Origin: an uncultured Aquirufa sp.
Lineage (GTDB): Bacteria > Bacteroidota > Bacteroidia > Cytophagales > Spirosomataceae
NCBI GenBank assembly: GCA_964618445.1
Contig: CAZUAZ010000001.1
Coordinates: forward strand, 3,577-67,576
Length of the DNA stretch: 64,000 nucleotides
Direction: 5' to 3'
A program made the position numbers and the translations under genes. Numbering within the stretch: the stretch's first letter is position 1; each line of letters opens with the position of its first letter. The notes below the pieces were generated by a model. It ran no database searches. It was given only the letters and a program-made list of their open reading frames with translations, and was not told where the DNA came from. Shown one piece after another: positions 49,701 through 59,651 of the stretch.

Positions 49701-50873
49701 ATGACAACGAATAATTCGATCATCCAAAAAGTAGTTTTTACTTTAGTTGCTGTATCTATTAGCACGCTAACCTTTGGACAATTACCAACTACCGTATTGG
49801 GCCAAACGAACGCAGGTCGCGTTCCAACTCCTACGATGTTGTTTTTAAATGTTTCTCCTGATGCGCGTTCTGCAGGTATGGGTGATGCAGGTGTTGCCAT
49901 TTCTTCAGACGTTAATGCAATTTACTGGAATCCAGCAAAACTTGCGACGGCAGATAAAGACCTTGGATTTGCTATTTCATACACTCCTTGGTTGCGTAAT
50001 TTAGTAAATGACATGGCATTGTATAACATTGCAGGGTACAAGAAAACATCAAAAGATCAAGCATTTGGTTTCTCAATCAACTACTTTGATCAAGGCTTAT
50101 TTCAAGCTACAACAGCCAATGGTACAAGTGCAGGAAACTTTAATTCGAAAGAATATGCCTTAACTGTCGCACATGCGCGTAAATTGTCAAACGCGTTGTC
50201 ATTAGGGGTAAATCTAAAATACATTAACTCAAATTTAACTGGTGGCTATCAAGCGCAAGGCTCTCAAATGAAGCCTGCTCAAACAGTTGCTGCTGATTTA
50301 GCATTATACTGGAACTCAGTTACAGAGAAAAATTGGAACTTAACTTATGGTTTAGTTTTATCTAACATTTCTGGTAAAGTTTCTTATGGTGGCTTAGATA
50401 AAAACTTTATCCCAACAAACCTACGTGTAGGTGTTGCTGGAGTAAAGAACATCGACGAAAAAAACAAATTGACTTTAACGTTAGATTTAAACAAACTAAT
50501 GGTTCCAACGCCACAGTCAGTTGATGCAAACGGAGCAGTAACAGGTACAGATCCTAATAACACAACGGCAATTGGTGGAATCTTTGGTTCATTATTTGAT
50601 GCTCCAGATGGGTTCGGTGAAGAATTAAAAGAAGTGACTGCTTCTTTGGGTGCTGAATACCTTTATAACAATACATTTGCGATTCGCGGTGGTTACTTCA
50701 ATGAAAGCTCGATGAAAGGTGATCGTAAATATTTCACCATGGGTGTAGGATTTAAACTAGACCAAAAATATGGTTTTGATTTTGCTTACCTAGTACCAAC
50801 AGGTTCTAGCAGCCCATTAGCGAACACATTACGTATTTCATTATTGGCTGCAATCAACCAAGAAAGAAAATAA
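49701..50873 (+). CDS. porV: Type IX secretion outer-membrane shuttle PorV
   Basis: FL.VSPDARSAGMGD.G, YWNPAK, SYTPWL, KLMVPTP and PLANTLRISL motifs. Start MTTNN at 49701. Confidence 0.93.
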   Translation: MTTNNSIIQKVVFTLVAVSISTLTFGQLPTTVLGQTNAGRVPTPTMLFLNVSPDARSAGMGDAGVAISSDVNAIYWNPAKLATADKDLGFAISYTPWLRNLVNDMALYNIAGYKKTSKDQAFGFSINYFDQGLFQATTANGTSAGNFNSKEYALTVAHARKLSNALSLGVNLKYINSNLTGGYQAQGSQMKPAQTVAADLALYWNSVTEKNWNLTYGLVLSNISGKVSYGGLDKNFIPTNLRVGVAGVKNIDEKNKLTLTLDLNKLMVPTPQSVDANGAVTGTDPNNTTAIGGIFGSLFDAPDGFGEELKEVTASLGAEYLYNNTFAIRGGYFNESSMKGDRKYFTMGVGFKLDQKYGFDFAYLVPTGSSSPLANTLRISLLAAINQERK

Positions 50874-50892
50874 TTTAACGATTATCGTTCAT

Positions 50893-50926
50893 CAAATGAC
50901 ATCTCTCGGGATGTCATTTGTGTTTT
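50893..50926 (+). terminator. Stem-loop/terminator after porV
   Basis: CAAATGACATC-TCTCGG-GATGTCATTTG followed by TGTTTT. Confidence 0.7.
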
Positions 50927-50940
50927 ATGCCTATTCCTAA

Positions 50941-52218
50941 ATGCACATGCTTGATCGGACTATTGCTCCCCCATCCTATCCAATTAATTGGGTTCAATTT
51001 CCTACCACTCAAACGTATACAACCGCCCATGGAGTAAATATTCATTCCATCTCACTTGGCGAGCAGCCCGTGTTTAAATTTGAGTATACCATTCAAGCAG
51101 GCGAAACTGAAGCTATTAAAGCAGGCGTGGCTAGCTTAACTGCTATGCTGATGAAACGCGGAACACAACAGCATACTGCCCAAGAATTAAATCAGAAATT
51201 CGACTTCTTCGGGGCATTCTGGGATGTACAATCAAGCCTAGACCATGCCACGTTCACAGTCTATGGATTAACGAAGCACTTCGAGTCACTAATGCCCTTG
51301 GTTTTTGAAATTATTCAACATGCCACTTTCCCCCAAGAGGAATTTGAGAAAGAAATCGCAATTGAAATCCAAAAGAGTAAATTAAACTGGCAAAAAACAG
51401 CCTTTAGTGCCAGTCAGATTTTTCGCTCGCAACTATTTCCTAGTGATCCTTATGGGCGCGTTAGTAAAGCAGAAAGCCTTCAGCAAGTTACGCGCACCGA
51501 TTTAGTTGATTTTCATCAGAACTATTGGCTTGGGCAAAAGCCGACCATATTTCTTTCGGGTCAAATAAGCGCTGATGCCATCGCGACAGTCGCCTCATTT
51601 GTGGATCAACCTAGCAAGTCAAAAATTACTACAAATGACCGACCAGCCATCGTTTCCACTCCAGCCATTTGTACGCACGAGTCGCGCGAAAATGCCCTAC
51701 AATGTTCGATTCGCATGGGGCAAGTGAGCATGAATCGCCAGAATCCTGATTATTACAAGTTCAGCGTATTGAATACCATGTTAGGTGGATTTTTCGGATC
51801 TAGGCTACAAAAAAATATTCGGGAAGAAAAAGGATTTACGTACGGAATTTCTTCTTCCATTGTCCCGTTAAAGCGGGCGGGCTACTGGGCAGTAGGAACA
51901 GACGTAAATAAAGAAAATGCAGCTGAAACGTGTAGTGAAATCCGGAGAGAAATTCAGGAACTCCAGCAAAATTTAGTCTCTACTGATGAACTTGAGATTG
52001 TCAAAAACTATTTGATGGGCAGCTTTACAGGGGAACTGACTCAAGCGTTTGATATTGCCGACAAACTTAAAGTAATCTATTTGGAAGGATTGCCACTTGA
52101 TTTTTACGATCATTTCCAGCATCAAATCATGGCATGTACCCCAAAAGATTTGAGAGAACTAGCAAATCAATATCTAGATCCCTCAAATCTTCACGAGGTA
52201 ATTGTAGGCGCAATTTAG
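50941..52218 (+). CDS. M16 (pitrilysin) family peptidase-like subunit lacking HxxEH
   Basis: MLDRTIAP start and LGG.F.SRL..NIREEKG.TY. The zinc motif position reads SLTAM. Confidence 0.85.
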   Translation: MHMLDRTIAPPSYPINWVQFPTTQTYTTAHGVNIHSISLGEQPVFKFEYTIQAGETEAIKAGVASLTAMLMKRGTQQHTAQELNQKFDFFGAFWDVQSSLDHATFTVYGLTKHFESLMPLVFEIIQHATFPQEEFEKEIAIEIQKSKLNWQKTAFSASQIFRSQLFPSDPYGRVSKAESLQQVTRTDLVDFHQNYWLGQKPTIFLSGQISADAIATVASFVDQPSKSKITTNDRPAIVSTPAICTHESRENALQCSIRMGQVSMNRQNPDYYKFSVLNTMLGGFFGSRLQKNIREEKGFTYGISSSIVPLKRAGYWAVGTDVNKENAAETCSEIRREIQELQQNLVSTDELEIVKNYLMGSFTGELTQAFDIADKLKVIYLEGLPLDFYDHFQHQIMACTPKDLRELANQYLDPSNLHEVIVGAI

Positions 52219-53123
52219 AATCGCGCCAATTCGCGGAATTCATTCACACGACCCTCTAAATCATGGTCAGTGATTTCTAACAAACGTTCCGTACCGAATT
52301 TCTCTACACAGAAAGATGCCATAGCTGATCCATAAACGATCGCCTTACGCATATTCTCAAAGGAGATATCATCCGTTTTTGCCAAGTAGCCAATAAAACC
52401 ACCCACAAACGTATCACCAGCACCTGTTGGATCAAATACTTCCTCAAGCGGCAATGCAGGGCAATAAAACATATTGGAACCTTGGAACAAAAGTGCACCA
52501 TGCTCTCCTTTTTTGATTATAAGTGTTTTAGGCCCCATCTCCATGATTAATTTAGCCGCAGTGCGCAACGAATATTGCTCAGATAATTGGCGTGCCTCCT
52601 CGTCATTAATACAAAGCACATCAACCATCTTCAGCACACGCTTCAAATCATCCATCGCTACATCCATCCAAAAATTCATGGTATCCATCACCACTAACTT
52701 AGGGCGTTTGGTAAGACCTTCGATTGCTTCGATTTGTACTTGAGGCGTCAAGTTACCCAACATTAAGTATTCGCAATCTTGATAGCTTGCAGGAATCACA
52801 GGTTTGAAATCAGCCAATACATTTAAGTCAGTCACCAACGTATCCCGAGAATTCATATTGTTGTGATATTTACCTGCCCAGAAAAAGGATTTCTCTCCTG
52901 CCTTAATTTGGAGACCGTCTAGGTTAATTCCTTTGGATTCCAATGTATCCATGTAAGCTTGCGGAAAGTCATCGCCGACAACAGCAACCACATTTACTTT
53001 GGGCTGAAAAAATGCAGCAGACAAAGCAATGTATGTACATGATCCACCGATAATTTTATCTGTTTTGCCATAAGGCGTTTCGAGTGCGTCGAACGCAACT
53101 GTTCCAATTGTTAATAAACTCAT
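52215..53123 (-). CDS. PfkB-family carbohydrate/nucleoside kinase
   Basis: GG, NDEEA, KKGEHGA and DPTGAGDTFVGG motifs. Confidence 0.92.
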   Translation of the reverse strand: MSLLTIGTVAFDALETPYGKTDKIIGGSCTYIALSAAFFQPKVNVVAVVGDDFPQAYMDTLESKGINLDGLQIKAGEKSFFWAGKYHNNMNSRDTLVTDLNVLADFKPVIPASYQDCEYLMLGNLTPQVQIEAIEGLTKRPKLVVMDTMNFWMDVAMDDLKRVLKMVDVLCINDEEARQLSEQYSLRTAAKLIMEMGPKTLIIKKGEHGALLFQGSNMFYCPALPLEEVFDPTGAGDTFVGGFIGYLAKTDDISFENMRKAIVYGSAMASFCVEKFGTERLLEITDHDLEGRVNEFRELARF

Positions 53124-53134
53124 ATAAGGTGATT

Positions 53135-54304
53135 TTAGCCTACTTTAGCACACCGACTAAACGGCTGATTGGGGTTAAAAAATAAACGATAAGTAATATA
53201 TGTTTTGTCATTTGTCGCACCTAGCTGTGAGACAAACCGCAGCATTTTTGGATTAAAATCTCCGACCCAGTTCATGTCCATGGTCGTATAAGGATAAAAA
53301 GGATTTTCACGTGCTGCCGTACGGAAACGCAATGCAATAGCGGATTCGACGCCTTTCCCTTGATGTTCAGGTACAACGCCAAAAATCAATCCACACGTAC
53401 GCGTCAGCGTACCGCGAAGCTTTAACAGAACGAACTTGATCATACCCCAAACATTCAATTTTCCATTTAAATGTTTAACGATTTGATTCAAATCAGGAAT
53501 CACAATAAAAAAGGCAACAGGCTCTCCATTGGGGCCATAAGCGAACCAGAGTAATTGTTCGTCGATGATAGGCTTCATTTTCTGCACCAACTTTTGCGCT
53601 TGTTCGGAGGACATAGCAGAAACACCAGGAAACTTAGACCATGCCGCGTTAAAGATGATTCGAAAATCTTCAGCATACTTAGGCAGGTTCGACTTTTCAA
53701 TATGTTTAAACGTATAATCCGGATTCTGATAAATCCGTTCAGCTTTTTCTTCGATTCCCGCAGTCACATTGGCTCCCGTGATGGAAGACACAAAAACATG
53801 CTGCTTAAAGTAATCTTGAAATCCGTAAGCTTCAAAAAAATCAATGTAATAAGGCTTCGTCCAAGGCATTTTATACGTTGGCTCATACTCCCAACCCTGA
53901 ACCATTAAACCCCAAAAACTATCCCGTTCTCCAAAATTGATTGGACCGTCCATGCCTTCCATTCCTTTGGAAATAAGCCATTGCTTGCAAGCATCAAATA
54001 AAGTGAATGCCGCAACTTGATCTTCAATACATTCAAAAAATCCCATGCCCCCCACAGGTACTTCATCGGATGTTTTCGAATAAAATGCAGCGACACGACC
54101 AATGGTTTTACCCGCGTCATTAAGCAATATCCAGCGGATAGCTTCGCCGTTTTTAAACTGTGTGTTTTTTTTCGGATCAAATATTGACTCAATATCGGAA
54201 TCTAACGGACGAATCCAATTCGGATCTGTCGCATATAGTTCTACGGCAATTCTTAAAAATTCTCGTTTAAGAGCTCTATCGTCCCCTATTTCCTTTAAAA
54301 CCAT
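53135..54304 (-). CDS. GNAT-fold (YghO-like) protein
   Basis: LY..DPNWIRP, GRVAA, GFFEC, GPIN and GVVPEHQGKGV (acetyl-CoA-binding-like) motifs. Confidence 0.7.
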   Translation of the reverse strand: MVLKEIGDDRALKREFLRIAVELYATDPNWIRPLDSDIESIFDPKKNTQFKNGEAIRWILLNDAGKTIGRVAAFYSKTSDEVPVGGMGFFECIEDQVAAFTLFDACKQWLISKGMEGMDGPINFGERDSFWGLMVQGWEYEPTYKMPWTKPYYIDFFEAYGFQDYFKQHVFVSSITGANVTAGIEEKAERIYQNPDYTFKHIEKSNLPKYAEDFRIIFNAAWSKFPGVSAMSSEQAQKLVQKMKPIIDEQLLWFAYGPNGEPVAFFIVIPDLNQIVKHLNGKLNVWGMIKFVLLKLRGTLTRTCGLIFGVVPEHQGKGVESAIALRFRTAARENPFYPYTTMDMNWVGDFNPKMLRFVSQLGATNDKTYITYRLFFNPNQPFSRCAKVG

Positions 54305-54432
54305 ATTGGCGAAAGCATTTTTTGACCAAAAACATACAAAGATAATACAATTCGCAAGCCCCTCATTTGTTTGGTGAATTAAAAGAATACGATTAATTTT
54401 AATTCCTTATACAGAACCCAGATCCGGTATTC

Positions 54433-55923
54433 ATGCAGCCACTCAAAATATACAACACCCTAAGTCGAGAAAAAGAAATCTTCGAAGCGATCAATGCGCC
54501 ACATGTGGGATTGTATGTTTGTGGGCCAACGGTCTACAATTATGCTCATTTAGGCAATATTCGAACATTTACCTCCTTTGATATCCTGCATCGCTATTTG
54601 AAAAAAATTGGCTATAAAGTACGCTACGTCCGCAATATTACGGATGTGGGCCACTTAGTAGGTGACGGTGATGAGGGCGAAGACAAAATTGGCAAAATGG
54701 CCAAATTGGAGAAACTGGAGCCCATGGAAATTGTCCAGCGGTATACCAATGATTTTCACGAAGTGCTGCAAAAATTCAATTTATTGCCTCCTAGCATTGA
54801 ACCGACGGCTACGGGACACATCGTGGAACAAATTGAAACCACAAAAACCTTGCTCGATAAAGGCATGGCGTATGAATCGAATGGCTCTATTTATTTTGAC
54901 ATCGAGGCCTACAACAAACAAGGAGGCGATTACGGTAAATTATCGGGACGTATTTTAGATGATTTATTGACCGAAACACGTGATTTAGACGGCGTAGGCG
55001 AAAAGCGTAGCCCACTCGATTTCGCGCTTTGGAAAAAAGCATCTCCTGAACATATCATGCGCTGGCCATCTCCTTGGGGAGACGGATTTCCAGGTTGGCA
55101 CCTCGAATGTACCTGTATGAGCCATAAATATCTAGGTGACACCTTTGATATTCATGGAGGTGGTATGGACTTAAAATTCCCACACCACGAATGTGAAATC
55201 GCGCAAGCGAAGGCCGCACATGGTCGTGAACCTGTACGTTATTGGATGCACACCAATATGCTTACGGTCAATGGCCAAAAAATGAGCAAATCGCTTGGGA
55301 ATTCATTTTTACCTAATGAATTAATCACAGGGAATCATCCACTTTTGGAACAGCCATACAGCCCCATGACGGTACGTTTCTTTATGTTGCAATCGCAATA
55401 TAGAAGCACCTTAGATTTTTCAAACGACGCCTTAAAAGCCGCCCAAAAAGGCTATAAGCGTATGGCCAATGGATTGCGCATCATCAAATCAATGACATTC
55501 CCATCCGAAACCATAGAGGCTACGGACGAAACAGTATTAGCTGAGATTCATGCCGATATCCAAGGATGCTACGACGGGATGAATGATGACCTAAATACGG
55601 CCGTAACAATTGCCAGCCTATTTTCGTTATTAAAGAAGATTAACCAATTGTATACCGGCCAGCTAAGTTTTGAACAAATAGGCCAAGCCGGATTTGATGC
55701 TTTAAAAACTAATTACATCAGCTTTATGGAGGATGTATTAGGTTTACTTGAAGAGTTCCCTGAAAATCAGGACCAACTAATCAAAGGCATGTTGCAATTG
55801 TATCAAGACTTTAAGGCCAACCGTCAATATGACAAAGTGGATGAGATACGAGCCAGTTTCAAATCCATGGGCCTTTTAATTAAAGACATGAAAACCCGCA
55901 TCGACTGGGGCTACGAGGAATAA
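54433..55923 (+). CDS. cysS: Cysteine--tRNA ligase
   Basis: YVCGPTVY..AHLGN, GFPGWHLEC, DIHGGG.DL.FPHHE and KMSKS motifs. Confidence 0.97.
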   Translation: MQPLKIYNTLSREKEIFEAINAPHVGLYVCGPTVYNYAHLGNIRTFTSFDILHRYLKKIGYKVRYVRNITDVGHLVGDGDEGEDKIGKMAKLEKLEPMEIVQRYTNDFHEVLQKFNLLPPSIEPTATGHIVEQIETTKTLLDKGMAYESNGSIYFDIEAYNKQGGDYGKLSGRILDDLLTETRDLDGVGEKRSPLDFALWKKASPEHIMRWPSPWGDGFPGWHLECTCMSHKYLGDTFDIHGGGMDLKFPHHECEIAQAKAAHGREPVRYWMHTNMLTVNGQKMSKSLGNSFLPNELITGNHPLLEQPYSPMTVRFFMLQSQYRSTLDFSNDALKAAQKGYKRMANGLRIIKSMTFPSETIEATDETVLAEIHADIQGCYDGMNDDLNTAVTIASLFSLLKKINQLYTGQLSFEQIGQAGFDALKTNYISFMEDVLGLLEEFPENQDQLIKGMLQLYQDFKANRQYDKVDEIRASFKSMGLLIKDMKTRIDWGYEE

Positions 55924-55925
55924 AT

Positions 55926-56666
55926 ATGTTTAGAGATTTAACACCCAACGTTCGTTTATTGATTCTCATTAACGTAGGTATGTTTCTGGCCAAATCGTTT
56001 TTGCCAGATGAATACTTAAGTTTACATTATTTCGGCGCGAAGGATTTTTATCCATTTCAGCTTGTTACCTATATGTTTGTGCATGGCAGCTTTTTTCACC
56101 TGCTAGGCAACATGTTCGGACTTTATATGTTCGGTTCTTTACTCGAGCGGATATGGGGAGCTCAGCGATTTCTTTTCTTCTATTTTTTCTGTGGGATTGG
56201 TGCTGGTATGCTCTATGTGGGGATCCAACATTTTGTAGATTTTGCAGATATTCGACGTGCAACTGAACTCGTTTTAAGTAATCCTAGCTCATTTAATTTA
56301 ATGGACTATGCGCAGCATTATGCTGTCATTGGATCTCCGCAAGGTGTCGCGCTCAATATCGAATGGGTACATGCAAACTATGACGAATACATTAATCGTA
56401 GTATTTTAGGAGGGGCCTCAGGATCAATATTTGGCATATTAATGGCGTTCGGGTACCTATTTCCGAATTCAGAGATGTTTTTGTTCCCACTTCCTATCCC
56501 CATCAAAGCTAAATACTTTGTGAGTTTTTATGGATTGTATGAGCTGTATCAAGGCATCCAACAATACGAAGGAGATAATGTTGCTCACTTTGCACATATT
56601 GGCGGAATGATTTTTGCCGTGATTTTATTAAAATTTTGGGGAACAAAACGAAATAATTTCTATTGA
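55926..56666 (+). CDS. Rhomboid-family intramembrane protease
   Basis: HLLGNM, GASG and AHFAHIGG motifs. Confidence 0.9.
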   Translation: MFRDLTPNVRLLILINVGMFLAKSFLPDEYLSLHYFGAKDFYPFQLVTYMFVHGSFFHLLGNMFGLYMFGSLLERIWGAQRFLFFYFFCGIGAGMLYVGIQHFVDFADIRRATELVLSNPSSFNLMDYAQHYAVIGSPQGVALNIEWVHANYDEYINRSILGGASGSIFGILMAFGYLFPNSEMFLFPLPIPIKAKYFVSFYGLYELYQGIQQYEGDNVAHFAHIGGMIFAVILLKFWGTKRNNFY

Positions 56667-56667
56667 T

Positions 56668-57519
56668 ATGCGGAGCATTTGGCAAGATATGAAGTTAGTA
56701 TTCCAGCAGCCCAATCGCGGTCTGATGCAATTGATCGTGATCAATGTAGGAATTTTTATTGCCTTAATGCTTACAAAAGTTACCCTCATTCTAGTAGGGA
56801 AATCTGAGTTTTTTGAATCTTTTTTAGAACAACTAACCTTATCTTCCGCATTCGCTGAATTCAGTCGGAAACCATGGACTTTTCTAACCTATTTTTTCAT
56901 CCACGTTGACCTCATGCATGTAGTTTTCAACATGCTCTTTTTATACTGGTTTGGACAAATTTTACAGGATTTTTTAGGTCAAAACAAGACGATTCAATTA
57001 TATTTCATCGGGGGCCTAGCGGGTGCGGTCACCTACATTGGCGCCTTGAATACCATCCCATATTACCTGAATCAAGGCCCCATGTTTTTAATGGGGGCAT
57101 CGGCAGGCGTATATGCGATCGTGACTGCGGCTGCTACATTACGGCCAAATTACACAGTCCATTTGTTTTTAATTGGGCCCATTGCAATCAAATATATTTC
57201 AGGATTCTATGTCATCTGGTCCGTGCTAGAAAGCGTCGGATCCAATGGCGGGGGGAATATCGCTCATTTAGGAGGAGCGCTCGTAGGAGTACTTTTTGCC
57301 TTATATAGTAAACGCACACATACGGCCACCCAGCAAATAGAAAAAGTGCTGACTTATGTAACGGTCGCTGCGCAAAAAACTGTGTCGACCACAACATCAG
57401 AAGTGGTTGACGAAGAGGAACTTAACCAAATTTTAGATAAAATTTCCAAATCTGGATTTGATAGTTTGAGTAAAATAGAGAAAAAGAGATTGTTCCAAGC
57501 GAGTCAAAAAAATGAATAA
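56668..57519 (+). CDS. Rhomboid-family protease with C-terminal DUF6576-like tail
   Basis: HVVFNM, GASAG and AHLGG motifs, with tail ILDKISKSGFDSLSK.EK..LF. Confidence 0.88.
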   Translation: MRSIWQDMKLVFQQPNRGLMQLIVINVGIFIALMLTKVTLILVGKSEFFESFLEQLTLSSAFAEFSRKPWTFLTYFFIHVDLMHVVFNMLFLYWFGQILQDFLGQNKTIQLYFIGGLAGAVTYIGALNTIPYYLNQGPMFLMGASAGVYAIVTAAATLRPNYTVHLFLIGPIAIKYISGFYVIWSVLESVGSNGGGNIAHLGGALVGVLFALYSKRTHTATQQIEKVLTYVTVAAQKTVSTTTSEVVDEEELNQILDKISKSGFDSLSKIEKKRLFQASQKNE

Positions 57520-57577
57520 GCCATAAAAACATTTTTACCTTTGTGTGGTTAATCTTTCACTTGAATAAATTTATATC

Positions 57578-59536
57578 GTGTCAACCCAATTCCCAGCCGG
57601 GCCTTTACTGAGCAAGATTCAATCCCCAGCGGATTTGCGCAAGCTTCCCGCGGATCAGCTTCCCGCTGTATGCCAGGAATTGAGACAATATATCATCGAT
57701 CATGTTTCCGTCAATGGAGGCCACTTCGGCGCATCTTTAGGTGTCACAGAATTAACCGTAGCGCTACACTATGTTTTTAATACCCCCGACGACCAGTTGG
57801 TGTGGGATGTAGGTCATCAAGCGTATGGACATAAGATTTTAACGGGCCGACAGCCTGTATTTCATACGAACCGACTTTTCGGAGGAATTAGTGGATTCCC
57901 GAAACGTTCAGAAAGCAAGTATGATGCATTCGGAGTAGGACATTCAAGTACGTCCATTTCTGCTGCTTTAGGTATGGCAGTTGCATCGCGATATAAGAAA
58001 GAATTCAATCGCCAGCACATTGCCGTTATTGGCGATGGTTCCATGACAGCGGGTATGGCGTTCGAAGCCATGAATCATGCAGGAGATATTCCTAACAACA
58101 TGTTGATCATTTTAAATGATAACTGCATGGCCATTGATCCCAATGTAGGTGCATTAAAGGAATATTTAACAGATATTACCACCTCCCATACCTACAATAA
58201 GGTGAAGGATGATGTGTGGAATTTACTAGGCAAAATGTCCACTTTTGGGAAGTCTGCCCAGGAAATTGTTTCCAAAATAGAAAATGGATTAAAAGCTACT
58301 TTGTTGAAGCAAAGTAACTTATTCGAGTCCCTTAACTTGCGTTATTTCGGTCCCATTGATGGCCACGATGTGGATAACCTAGCGACAGTTCTGCGCGATT
58401 TAAAGGATATTCCCGGACCCAAAATTTTGCATTGCATCACGACAAAAGGCAAAGGGTACTCGTTGGCCGAAAAAGATCAAACCCTCTGGCATGCGCCGGG
58501 TAAGTTTGATAAGATAACGGGCGAAATTCATAAAAAGACATTTGATAATCCACAGCCGCCTAAATACCAGGAGGTTTTCGGAAATACCTTACTCGAGCTC
58601 GCAGAGAAAAATGAAAAAATCATGGGGGTCACGCCAGCGATGCCTTCCGGATCATCCATGAATATTATGATGCGTGCCATGCCCGAACGTGCATTTGATG
58701 TGGGCATCGCGGAACAACATGCCGTGACATTTTCAGCCGGCTTAGCGACACAAGGTTTAACTGTATTTTGCAATATTTATAGTTCCTTTATGCAACGTGG
58801 ATACGACCAAGTCGTTCATGATGTATGTATCCAAAAGCTACCCGTCATCTTTTGTCTAGATCGGGCAGGACTCGCTGGAGCAGATGGAGCAACACACCAT
58901 GGCAACTTGGATTTAGCCTACATGCGCTGCATTCCAAATATGATTGTTGCTGCTCCGCGCAATGAACAAGAATTACGCAACATGATGTTTACGGCCCAGC
59001 TAGATTCATTTAAGGATTTGGGGATGGCCATGTCGATTCGCTACCCACGTGGCGAGGGTGTTATGCCCGTTTGGCGGACTGATTTTGAGCAATTGGAAAT
59101 TGGGAAAGGCCAACAAGTCTTAGCGGGAAAACAGGTAGCTGTATTGTCCATTGGCCATATTGGTAATGAGGCAGAAAAAGCGTGTCATTTGTTGCGCGAA
59201 CAAGGCTTAGAACCTGCTCTATTCGATATGCGTTTCGTAAAACCACTCGATGAAGCTCTATTACATGATGTTTTCAAGACATACCCCTCAGTAATCACCG
59301 TAGAAGACGCATCCATTGTAGGAGGCTTCGGTTCTGCTATTGCGGAATTCATGGTAGATAATAGGTATGCCAACCAGCTTATCCGATTGGGAATTCCAGA
59401 TTCACTCATCGAACACGGCGAACAAGCTGAATTATATCACCTTTGTGGAATTGATTCTGTCGGAATTGCACAAAAAATAGCTGAACTATATCAAGCTAAA
59501 CCTGCGCAAAAGGCTGTTCACACTGTGGTCCACTAA
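57578..59536 (+). CDS. dxs: 1-deoxy-D-xylulose-5-phosphate synthase
   Basis: WDVGHQAYGHK, GHSSTSIS, GDGSMT..NDN, DVGIAEQHA and DRAG motifs. Confidence 0.97.
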   Translation: MSTQFPAGPLLSKIQSPADLRKLPADQLPAVCQELRQYIIDHVSVNGGHFGASLGVTELTVALHYVFNTPDDQLVWDVGHQAYGHKILTGRQPVFHTNRLFGGISGFPKRSESKYDAFGVGHSSTSISAALGMAVASRYKKEFNRQHIAVIGDGSMTAGMAFEAMNHAGDIPNNMLIILNDNCMAIDPNVGALKEYLTDITTSHTYNKVKDDVWNLLGKMSTFGKSAQEIVSKIENGLKATLLKQSNLFESLNLRYFGPIDGHDVDNLATVLRDLKDIPGPKILHCITTKGKGYSLAEKDQTLWHAPGKFDKITGEIHKKTFDNPQPPKYQEVFGNTLLELAEKNEKIMGVTPAMPSGSSMNIMMRAMPERAFDVGIAEQHAVTFSAGLATQGLTVFCNIYSSFMQRGYDQVVHDVCIQKLPVIFCLDRAGLAGADGATHHGNLDLAYMRCIPNMIVAAPRNEQELRNMMFTAQLDSFKDLGMAMSIRYPRGEGVMPVWRTDFEQLEIGKGQQVLAGKQVAVLSIGHIGNEAEKACHLLREQGLEPALFDMRFVKPLDEALLHDVFKTYPSVITVEDASIVGGFGSAIAEFMVDNRYANQLIRLGIPDSLIEHGEQAELYHLCGIDSVGIAQKIAELYQAKPAQKAVHTVVH

Positions 59537-59588
59537 ATTCGCGCACGCTGATTTTTAATCAATTAGCACTTTTCAAAGAAATTATCCC

Positions 59589-59596
59589 TACCTTTG
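59589..59596 (+). promoter_or_regulatory. -7 promoter element for typA
   Basis: TACCTTTG 55 bp upstream of the ATG. Confidence 0.65.
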
Positions 59597-59651
59597 CACC
59601 TTAAATTCCCCGACTAAGGAGAATTTTAATTCATTCAACGCCTACATTTTT

